A stretch of 57,649 nucleotides of DNA from Patescibacteria group bacterium (GTDB lineage Bacteria; Patescibacteriota; Microgenomatia; Levybacterales; GWA1-39-11), in the NCBI GenBank assembly GCA_035549315.1, contig DASZRC010000038.1:1-57649 (forward strand), given 5' to 3'. Shown one piece after another: positions 48,289 to 55,216 of this stretch; the first letter of the stretch is position 1, and every line of letters starts with the position of its first letter. A model generated the notes under the pieces. It saw only the letters and a program-made list of their open reading frames with translations, was not told the origin of the DNA and ran no database searches. A program made the position numbers and the translations under genes.

Positions 48289-48751
48289 TCATAACTTGGC
48301 GCATGATTGCAAATTCTCCCAAGTGATAAGCATTGTGGTCTGTAATAACAGCTGCTTCTCTGGCCAAAGTTTGTCCATCTCCCCATGGAAATACTTTGTA
48401 AATATCAACTGTTTGGTCTTCTATTATCTTTTTTAGTCTTTCTCTATCTTCTAGAAAATCTTTTATAGTTTTGTTCCAATCTTCTTTTGTAGCTTTTGCA
48501 TCCTTTTTTGGCCAATAATCATCTGGCCACTTAAGGTCTTTGTAATCGGGGTTAATTGAAAAATTTATAATATCTGCTTGGGTTCTTCTCATATGCTCTA
48601 ACAAGTGCCAAAAAGTGTAGTCTCCGTTAGTAAACACATCATTCATATGTTCTTCCGGAAAATCCGCAACTGCGTCTTCATATGACATATGAGCGTGTCC
48701 GCGCATAAGGTGAAAGACTAACTCGTCTCGTGTTTTTTTATCGTTATCCAT
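48263..48751 (-). CDS. DinB-family (DinB_2-like) four-helix metalloprotein
   Basis: 162 aa. Has the His triad context (FWHLLEHM..., ITDHNAYHLGE). Confidence 0.65.
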   Translation of the reverse strand: MDNDKKTRDELVFHLMRGHAHMSYEDAVADFPEEHMNDVFTNGDYTFWHLLEHMRRTQADIINFSINPDYKDLKWPDDYWPKKDAKATKEDWNKTIKDFLEDRERLKKIIEDQTVDIYKVFPWGDGQTLAREAAVITDHNAYHLGEFAIMRQVMNAWPKNHK

Positions 48752-48814
48752 TAATATATTCTACACCCAAATAAACACATTAATAAACAACCTATAACAT
48801 GATATACTTTGCAA

Positions 48815-49111
48815 ATGAGCGAGCGTTGTGTGTTGGTTGAATTCTGTGTGGGCCCAAACTGTGGCCGAGATGGTAAGAAATACCATCAAGATTTTAAAGA
48901 TGCAATAGACAATACTAAGGACCTTGAGGGTCTGACAGTTACTGCTAGGGGCTGCAAAAATGAATGTGCTACATCTGCCAATATGGCTCTTACAGTAAAC
49001 AACGGAGATCCGGTTAAATTTAAATATCTTGGGGATAAGAGTAGAGGATTGCCGGTTGAACAATTAATAACTACCATCAAGCAAAATCTTCTCCCTCCAA
49101 CAGAACAGTAG
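48815..49111 (+). CDS. thioredoxin-like [2Fe-2S] ferredoxin-domain protein
   Basis: Cys pattern CVGPNC ... CKNEC (CX4C ... CX3C). ATG 48815 is preferred to the listed TTG 48809. Confidence 0.6.
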   Translation: MSERCVLVEFCVGPNCGRDGKKYHQDFKDAIDNTKDLEGLTVTARGCKNECATSANMALTVNNGDPVKFKYLGDKSRGLPVEQLITTIKQNLLPPTEQ

Positions 49112-49124
49112 TTTCTTTTAAAAG

Positions 49125-49176
49125 AAAACATCTCGCAAACGCTTGATGTGAACATCGAGTTTTAACGAGATGTTTT
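49125..49176. terminator. long hairpin between convergent genes (putative bidirectional terminator)
   Basis: AAAACATCTCG (49125-49135) pairs with CGAGATGTTTT (49166-49176). A nested imperfect hairpin CTTGATG/CATCGAG sits in the loop. Confidence 0.5.
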
Positions 49177-49181
49177 ACAAT

Positions 49182-49850
49182 CTAAAGCTTTTTTGAAAGC
49201 TTTGTTAAGATCTCTCTGGCTGCTTCTTTACCTCCAAGACCAAAAGCTAGTCCTCCGGCTAAAGCTACCATTGCAACTACTCCTGCAAAAAGAATTCTTA
49301 TTAGATCGCTTGCTATACCGAGTTGGTTAAGGGCAATTAGAACAGCAAATACAATTACAGAATATCTTCCGATAACAGCAATTGTTCTTGCGGATTCTTT
49401 TGATACCCCACTAACTGATGCTAGTAAAAGATCGTGAACCAATTTTGCTACAACAAATCCAACCAAAAGTAAAAGTACTGCTACTATTACATTTGGTAAG
49501 AATGCTAAGAAATTGTTGAGAATTACAACAAACTGTCCTAATCCCCAAATGTCTGATGTTGGTATTAAAAATAAAATAATAATAAACCAACGTGCTAGCT
49601 CTGCTAGGAAAGTTGTCCATGAAACCCCCTCTTTACCACGTGTTTCCGGAACTCCATATCTTTCCAGCATGTCCTCCAGTCTTACAAATCTAAAAACCTG
49701 AATAAGGATCTGCCTTACTAAAGACGCAATAATCAAGCCAATAAGTAAGACGATAAGACCTGTGAGGAAACGGGGTACAAACAGTGCGACCGTAGCTATG
49801 GTGTCATTAAGAGTTGCCGTAAATACTTCATTTACGTTTTCAAACTGCAT
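49182..49850 (-). CDS. membrane protein with repeated TM-helix modules (MscS-N-terminal-like)
   Basis: 222 aa, 4-5 TM helices, two similar halves. SD GGAGGTG upstream. Confidence 0.6.
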   Translation of the reverse strand: MQFENVNEVFTATLNDTIATVALFVPRFLTGLIVLLIGLIIASLVRQILIQVFRFVRLEDMLERYGVPETRGKEGVSWTTFLAELARWFIIILFLIPTSDIWGLGQFVVILNNFLAFLPNVIVAVLLLLVGFVVAKLVHDLLLASVSGVSKESARTIAVIGRYSVIVFAVLIALNQLGIASDLIRILFAGVVAMVALAGGLAFGLGGKEAAREILTKLSKKL

Positions 49851-49994
49851 AAAATTTCACCTCCAATCATCTAAAAGATTACAAACTAACCCAAAAGTAC
49901 CACAAAAAATCTTGACATGTCAATACTTTTTGATATCTTAGCCTCGTCCTTGTTGCTTTGCAGGCCAAGGTTCTGGTAAAATTTACTGTTCGGG

Positions 49995-50066
49995 CGGGCC
50001 GATAGCTCAATGGTAGAGCAAAAGCCTTTTAAGCTTTTGGTTCTGGGTTCGAATCCCAGTCGGCTC
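49995..50066 (+). tRNA. tRNA-Lys (anticodon TTT), CCA not encoded
   Basis: Hand-folded: acceptor GGGCCGA/TCGGCTC, anticodon arm AAAGC-CTTTTAA-GCTTT, T arm CTGGG-TTCGAAT-CCCAG. Confidence 0.9.
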
Positions 50067-50091
50067 ACATCTTATATATATCATGATTTTT

Positions 50092-50165
50092 GGCGCCATC
50101 GTCTAGTGGCCTAGGACACAGGGCTTTCATCCCTGTAATCATGGGTTCGAATCCCATTGGCGTCA
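50092..50165 (+). tRNA. tRNA-Glu (anticodon TTC), CCA not encoded
   Basis: Hand-folded: acceptor GGCGCCA/TGGCGTC, anticodon arm CAGGG-CTTTCAT-CCCTG, T arm ATGGG-TTCGAAT-CCCAT. Confidence 0.9.
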
Positions 50166-50166
50166 C

Positions 50167-50506
50167 TAACCTTCGCTAAAGCTACGGTTAGCAAGCAATG
50201 TATTATACGTACGTTCTTAGGAATAATAAAACGAATCGTTATTACATAGGCTATACTCCTGATTTGAAAAACCGGCTGATGAAACACAAGTCGGGAAAAG
50301 TCTTATCTACTAAATCAAATTTAAACTACGAACTGGAATGGTATTGTGCTTTCAAAACAAAGGGTCAGGCATTATCTTTCGAACAATACTTAAAAACAGG
50401 TTCTGGTGTAGCATTTATGAAAAAAAGGTTTTTCAAATCTGAAGCTTTTGCGAAGTTAGAATCAATGGGAAGTCCTGCTACTCGTAGCTCAAAGAGCGAA
50501 GTGTAG
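50167..50506 (+). mobile_element. GIY-YIG mini-cassette (340 bp) bracketed by a duplicated tRNA-Glu 3' end
   Basis: This interval lies between the two copies of tcccattggcgtcac (50152-50166 and 50507-50521). It holds a hairpin (CTAACC 50166-50171 / GGTTAG 50186-50191) and one GIY-YIG ORF. Confidence 0.6.
50198..50506 (+). CDS. small GIY-YIG nuclease-family protein
   Basis: 102 aa. MYYTYVLRNNKTNRYYIGYTPDLKNRLMKHKSG...FEQYLKTGSGVAFMKKRF, with GIY...YIG, the conserved Arg and Glu. The stop TAG abuts the second tRNA-derived repeat. Confidence 0.85.
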   Translation: MYYTYVLRNNKTNRYYIGYTPDLKNRLMKHKSGKVLSTKSNLNYELEWYCAFKTKGQALSFEQYLKTGSGVAFMKKRFFKSEAFAKLESMGSPATRSSKSEV

Positions 50507-50521
50507 TCCCATTGGCGTCAC
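50507..50521 (+). repeat. orphan copy of the 3' end of tRNA-Glu (last T-loop base, T-stem 3' strand, acceptor 3' strand, discriminator, +1 nt)
   Basis: tcccattggcgtcac is identical to 50152-50166. Confidence 0.85.
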
Positions 50522-50642
50522 CTAAAGGAATGCTCAGGCATGGGGTTCGAACCTTTTGAACGTGAATTGTTTGTAAGATTTCTTCATCAGTATTTTCATC
50601 TTTAATTACCACCCTCATTTTGGTTCGATATTCCATTAGGGT
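50520..50642 (-). repeat. ~123-nt repeat, copy A, containing a 46-codon ORF (50478..50618, minus)
   Basis: Matches 52237-52358. The plus-strand block acctaaaggaatgctca...cgtgaa has 42/47 identical positions. The block cctcatt(t)tggttcRatattccattagggt differs by 1 indel and 1 mismatch. Minus-strand ORF: MRVVIKDENTDEEILQTIHVQKVRTPCLSIPLGDANGTTLRSLSYE. Confidence 0.6.
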
Positions 50643-50649
50643 TCTGAAT

Positions 50650-52116
50650 TTACAGAGCATTTGCAGCTTTAAATTCTGCAGCAGCCAAATATGCAGTTAA
50701 TTTTGGTCTATATAGGTGATTAAATTGTTCATTATCTTTAAAGTTATCAATTGCGCTCCTTGCCAAATCTAAATAACCATTGTCACACAATTCATGAATT
50801 GCGATTGTTAAGATTTGCATTTTCCCATCATCTATAAATTCGGCCCAATCATATTTATCCATAGGAAATTCCATAACTTTTTTAACAGCAAATCTGTAGG
50901 CTTCTGTTGCATCAAAACCTGCTGCATCAAGCGCTTTCGCAATAGTTAAGGATCCTGTCATCGGATCAGTCTCCGACATGGGAACACCGAAAATTGTCCA
51001 TCTATTCTCCTCGCTTGCCGCGTTCCAAGCTTTCTTAAAATGATCATTGGCACTATTAAAATCTCCTGATTTTTGCGATGCTTCAGCCAAATCTGCATGA
51101 ATAGAAATAAAATCTATTAATCCAACAGTTTTTTTGTCATCGTCACTTCTCGCACCAATATTCAATTCTGATAACTCATCATCTATTTCTTGAAATGGTC
51201 TATGTTGTTGTGCATTTATTACGGCTTGTCTCGCACGAGCTCTATAGTAGATTGTTCCACCAACTTCTTTAGTAACTTGCACAGCATCGTCTGCTAGGCC
51301 TCTTGAAAGTTGCTCTTGTGCTATATCATTGACCGTATACCAATAGTAGTGTGAATTATCTTCTCTGAAAACTTCAGCTATGTCTAAAGCTTTAGCAAAA
51401 AGTCCAGCCTTAGTATATGCCTGCATCAATCTATAATACATTCCTTCAAAACCAAACAATACAATTCTATTCAATGCTTCACTACGAGAAATAGCTGTAT
51501 TTTTACCTTGAGATATTTGAAAATTGTATTCATCAGAAAATTGCATTCTTTGAACAGCTAACGTATTTTCTGCTTTTGTAAATAAACCCAAGGCTTCTTC
51601 ATCTTTTCCAGCATCTGCAAACACACTTCCAATATTGATATCTTGCCATGTGTTTCTAGCTAGATCTTTTCGTCCATACGCATCAAGATGTTGAATATTT
51701 GAAAGATGCCTGACTTTCTGAAGTATTTCCGATTGGTCTTGCCCTCTTTGCCTTTGCAACCAGAGTAAATAAGCATAATCGTTTAAAGGATCTTTTACTT
51801 GGGGCAAAATTCGACCTACAACCTCATCATTACCCAACACTGCGTTAACCCTTACCAATCCGCTCATTGATATTTGTCTTTCATCTTCATGAATGGAATT
51901 TTCTAATCTAAATTCAGCGCTACGCAAAAGAGGAACCGCTGAGAATCCGCTTGACTCCATCCTGTAAGCTGTTTCTACCAGATCTTGAATTTGAAAATTC
52001 GCACCCATATTATGAAAGAGAGATACTGCTTGTCTAAAATGTTGCTGAGAAAAATTTCTTTCTTGAGAAGAAACCACTTCGCTAGGATTTTTGAGTCGAT
52101 ATTCTATTTCTGCCAT
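50650..52116 (-). CDS. hypothetical cytoplasmic alpha-helical-repeat (TPR-like) protein
   Basis: 488-aa ORF, no signal peptide or TM helix. Helix-rich composition with repeated A/L/Y-rich segments. No family recognised. Confidence 0.6.
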   Translation of the reverse strand: MAEIEYRLKNPSEVVSSQERNFSQQHFRQAVSLFHNMGANFQIQDLVETAYRMESSGFSAVPLLRSAEFRLENSIHEDERQISMSGLVRVNAVLGNDEVVGRILPQVKDPLNDYAYLLWLQRQRGQDQSEILQKVRHLSNIQHLDAYGRKDLARNTWQDINIGSVFADAGKDEEALGLFTKAENTLAVQRMQFSDEYNFQISQGKNTAISRSEALNRIVLFGFEGMYYRLMQAYTKAGLFAKALDIAEVFREDNSHYYWYTVNDIAQEQLSRGLADDAVQVTKEVGGTIYYRARARQAVINAQQHRPFQEIDDELSELNIGARSDDDKKTVGLIDFISIHADLAEASQKSGDFNSANDHFKKAWNAASEENRWTIFGVPMSETDPMTGSLTIAKALDAAGFDATEAYRFAVKKVMEFPMDKYDWAEFIDDGKMQILTIAIHELCDNGYLDLARSAIDNFKDNEQFNHLYRPKLTAYLAAAEFKAANAL

Positions 52117-52127
52117 AAGATAGGTTG

Positions 52128-52155
52128 ATTATACAATCTAGAGTTATATATTCAA
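52128..52155 (-). promoter_or_regulatory. sigma70-like promoter of the 488-aa gene
   Basis: On the minus strand: TTGAAT (52155-52150), 16-nt spacer, TATAAT (52133-52128). The ATG at 52116 is 11 nt downstream. Confidence 0.5.
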
Positions 52156-52236
52156 TTCTTCCTGATTTTCTTTGTACGCTTCAATTAACCTACCCTAGAA
52201 GATTAAGTGTGGTTCGAACTGTTCGCCCCTAGGGTT

Positions 52237-52358
52237 ACCTAAAGGAATGCTCACGCATGGTGTTCGAACCACTTGAGCGTGAAAGTTGAGTAGATAATTT
52301 TTGTTTTCTTCTTCATGGTTAATCTCTAGCCTCATTTGGTTCAATATTCCATTAGGGT
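52237..52358 (-). repeat. ~122-nt repeat, copy B, containing a 46-codon ORF (52195..52335, minus)
   Basis: See copy A. Minus-strand ORF: MRLEINHEEENKNYLLNFHAQVVRTPCVSIPLGNPRGEQFEPHLIF. It has the same length as the copy A ORF and aligns without gaps. Confidence 0.6.
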
Positions 52359-52406
52359 AATAAACCGATAATTATTGATTTTCAATTTTAATACCTTCTT
52401 TCATTA

Positions 52407-53579
52407 TTATTTTGTGGATTTGTTTGTACGGAGCGGTGCAAACGTGAAAGTTTTAAGAATCTGACTAATAGTTGGGTCCGAATCTGGATTAGATACCGGA
52501 ATATTAATTGTAACTATTTTCTGGCTACTGCTTAAAACAATAATATATCCTCGTGAGCCTTCTCCTAGAGCAGGATATATCAGACCTGGATAACCGGCGA
52601 TAGCAACACCGTCATAAACACCGAACTGATTATGTACATCTTGATGCGCATAAGCAGGATTGTTTACAGTTTGTCTATTTATATATTCATCTGTTGTCTC
52701 TGTTGAATTTATTGTGTTGAAATAAACATACTTTGTAGGTAGCTGTATATCTTTCTCCCCATTTACTGTAAAACTTTTTCCAACAGTCTGAATAGAAGTA
52801 GGATCGTAGAATTGTTCTGCGCTATCCGATTTTTGTATAGTCCATGAATTTGGATAATAGATTGAAAAACCATCACCATTAAATTTTTTCCAATTTGCCC
52901 AGGTTGAATCGTAGCTTGAGGTATCCGCTGTTTTTTTGTCTGTAAATTTAAAATTTGAAATCACTGTTTTTTGGAAGGAGGATATTGATCCGTCCGAGTT
53001 TGAATTAAATTCTATTTCGTATGTATAATTATTTTTATTTGTTACAAAATCCAAATAATAAAAGACCATATTTGGAGCGTAACAAGCCATTTGGCACGGG
53101 TGCGAAGAGAGAAAAACGTTCCACCTTTGATTATTATAGGTAATTGTTCCCAACGGTTTTCCCAATTCTACCTCAATTTTCTGTAGATTAGTTAGGAGAA
53201 CCCTAACATAAATTTCTTTGTTCGAAGAATCTACAACAGTCATAAAGTCTTGCGCCGGGTCTGGGTATGTAATTGATCCCCCCGCGACATTTGGTGGATA
53301 CTTAAACTCGTAATTATATTTATCACTAAAATACGTCTTCCAATTCGAAGTATCTATGATGGGAGAAATTGAATTTCCTAATTTAGGAGGGAATATTCTT
53401 GGAATGAAAAACCATCCTGCAAATACCGATATTGGAACGATCAATAAGATAAGCGGGATCTTCACGAGTAATGGGAGTTTAAATTTTGGTTTTGCTTTCA
53501 AAGTTTCTGGAACAACGATAGTTTCTTCAGGAATTGAATTTTCAATTTGTGTTTGAATTTTAATATCATCATTATCCAT
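52407..53579 (-). CDS. membrane-anchored extracytoplasmic protein with two similar beta-rich modules
   Basis: 390 aa. TM anchor (LLVKIPLILLIVPISVFAGWFFI). Repeated W-K-x-Y/F...Y-x-F-x-YP modules (NWKTYFSDKYNYEFKYPPN, NWKKFNGDGFSIYYPNSW). Confidence 0.65.
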   Translation of the reverse strand: MDNDDIKIQTQIENSIPEETIVVPETLKAKPKFKLPLLVKIPLILLIVPISVFAGWFFIPRIFPPKLGNSISPIIDTSNWKTYFSDKYNYEFKYPPNVAGGSITYPDPAQDFMTVVDSSNKEIYVRVLLTNLQKIEVELGKPLGTITYNNQRWNVFLSSHPCQMACYAPNMVFYYLDFVTNKNNYTYEIEFNSNSDGSISSFQKTVISNFKFTDKKTADTSSYDSTWANWKKFNGDGFSIYYPNSWTIQKSDSAEQFYDPTSIQTVGKSFTVNGEKDIQLPTKYVYFNTINSTETTDEYINRQTVNNPAYAHQDVHNQFGVYDGVAIAGYPGLIYPALGEGSRGYIIVLSSSQKIVTINIPVSNPDSDPTISQILKTFTFAPLRTNKSTK

Positions 53580-53738
53580 ATTGATTAGTATTTGCTATTT
53601 AAATTTCTGTGTCAACTGTCCGGGTATTTATCTTCCGTACGTTCGTAAGATGAAATTAGAGTTGCCCAAAGCTTAATAGTGGGTTCGAACTGAGGATAGT
53701 TAAGGTCACACTTCCAGAAATTGAAGAAAGGAGAAGTT

Positions 53739-54209
53739 TTATAGCAATTTTAAAATCTTTATTTTTGATTCGCCTTTTGGGGTAGTAATAGATATTACAT
53801 CCCCGGCTTTTTTGCCGGATAAAGATTTGCCAATGGGGGAGAGTACTGAGATTTTTTTCTCGCTAGGGTTTGCTTCAAAATCTCCTACCAAAGAATAAAC
53901 TATTTCTTCACCGTTTTGTTCCACTACCACCCTAGATCCAATTCCAATAGAATTAGTTGGGGCATCTTGAACGTCAGCTAGCTTTATCATCCTATTCATG
54001 CGCCTTAGGTTAGCATCAATAGAAGAAAGATTCATGCGTGCTGCCTTGTAAAGACCGTTTTCTGAAAGATCTCCCATTTCTCGAGCTCTTTTAAGCTCTA
54101 AAACTGCCGGAGGACGTTTATCCAATAACTCTTGGTATTCCTTTTTAAGTTTATCTAGCCCTTCTTGGGTAAATCTTATTTGTTTTGGCAATGGTCTGCT
54201 AAATTTCAT
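53739..54209 (-). CDS. greA: transcription elongation factor GreA
   Basis: 156 aa. LTQEGLDKLKKEYQELL..., REMGDLSENGLYKAAR, and the C-terminal FKBP-like domain. Confidence 0.9.
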   Translation of the reverse strand: MKFSRPLPKQIRFTQEGLDKLKKEYQELLDKRPPAVLELKRAREMGDLSENGLYKAARMNLSSIDANLRRMNRMIKLADVQDAPTNSIGIGSRVVVEQNGEEIVYSLVGDFEANPSEKKISVLSPIGKSLSGKKAGDVISITTPKGESKIKILKLL

Positions 54210-54212
54210 ATT

Positions 54213-55169
54213 TTAATTTGTTAATGTTTTAATAATTCCCCTAACATCCTCAAGATTTTCTGTTGTCATTAGCCTTTCTCTTATCTCGCTAGCATTTGGT
54301 AATCCTAGTGTATAGATCTTAAAGAATTTCTTAAGAATTGCAAAGTGTTTAGATTGTCCCCATGTTTCTTCAAACAAAGTTGCATGTTTAAGCAAAAGAT
54401 CTAGGCGTTCAGAAAGCGCCATATTATCTAGTTTTGTTTTTCCATCAAATAGGAATGGGTCTTTGAAAATTCCACGACCCACCATTACGCCGTCTATACC
54501 AAATTCTTTTACTTTAGCGTTTGCCTCTTCTAAGCTTTCTATATTTCCGTTCGCCAAGAGAACAGTCTCCGGATTAATTTTATTTCTTAGTTCTACTACT
54601 TTTGGCAATTCTTCCCAATGGGGTGGAGGGTTAGACATTTCACGAGCAGTTCTAAGATGAACAGTTAAGGCGCTAATGTTTTGCTCCAATAAAAAGCTTA
54701 TCCAGGATTCTGTAACTATTTCTTTTACTCCAATTCTGGTTTTAACAGAAACCGGTAATTTACCTGCTCCTTTTTTTGCGGCTTCAATTATTTTTCCTGC
54801 ATGTTCCGGATTATTAATAAGTCCTGCACAAGCTCCGCGTTTTACAACATTTCTCTCAGGACATCCCATGTTTATATCAATGCCATCAAATCCCATTTCT
54901 ACCGCTAGTTCTGCAGCCCTTGTGTAATTATCTGGCTCCATACCCCAGATCTGGGCAATAAGAGGTTTTTCTACAGGCGTAAATTGTAAACGGTGTTCAA
55001 CTTCTTTTTTGCCTTTGGAAAATAAACCGTCTACATTTGTAAATTCGGTAAAAAATACAGTTGGTTTGCCGCAATAGGCAACAATTCTTCTAAAAACTGT
55101 ATCTGTAACTCCTTCCATAGGAGCCAAGGCATAAATTGGTTTTGGTAAGTCTTGCCAAAAAGATTTCAT
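54213..55169 (-). CDS. dus: tRNA-dihydrouridine synthase
   Basis: 318 aa. LAPMEGVTDTVFRRI, DINMGCP, TVHLRT. Confidence 0.9.
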   Translation of the reverse strand: MKSFWQDLPKPIYALAPMEGVTDTVFRRIVAYCGKPTVFFTEFTNVDGLFSKGKKEVEHRLQFTPVEKPLIAQIWGMEPDNYTRAAELAVEMGFDGIDINMGCPERNVVKRGACAGLINNPEHAGKIIEAAKKGAGKLPVSVKTRIGVKEIVTESWISFLLEQNISALTVHLRTAREMSNPPPHWEELPKVVELRNKINPETVLLANGNIESLEEANAKVKEFGIDGVMVGRGIFKDPFLFDGKTKLDNMALSERLDLLLKHATLFEETWGQSKHFAILKKFFKIYTLGLPNASEIRERLMTTENLEDVRGIIKTLTN

Positions 55170-55216
55170 AGGAGTTAAATTATACTAAACTTGAGGCTAT
55201 TAACCTAATTGTTAGT

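Noticed and set aside
49886-50068. The listed 60-aa minus-strand ORF (MSRLGFEPRTKSLKGF...)
   Set aside because: It is the antisense translation of tRNA-Lys. The same applies to the ORFs at 42980-43171 and 42807-43058, and to the N-terminal parts of 42633 and 43017, which run through tRNA-Gly sequence.
41687-50521. An integrase-mediated genomic island or prophage using tRNA genes as att sites
   Set aside because: I see no integrase, recombinase, transposase or phage gene anywhere near the tRNAs. The duplicated tRNA segments bracket only 340-350 bp, and the genes between the tRNA loci are ordinary (pyrG, rplS).
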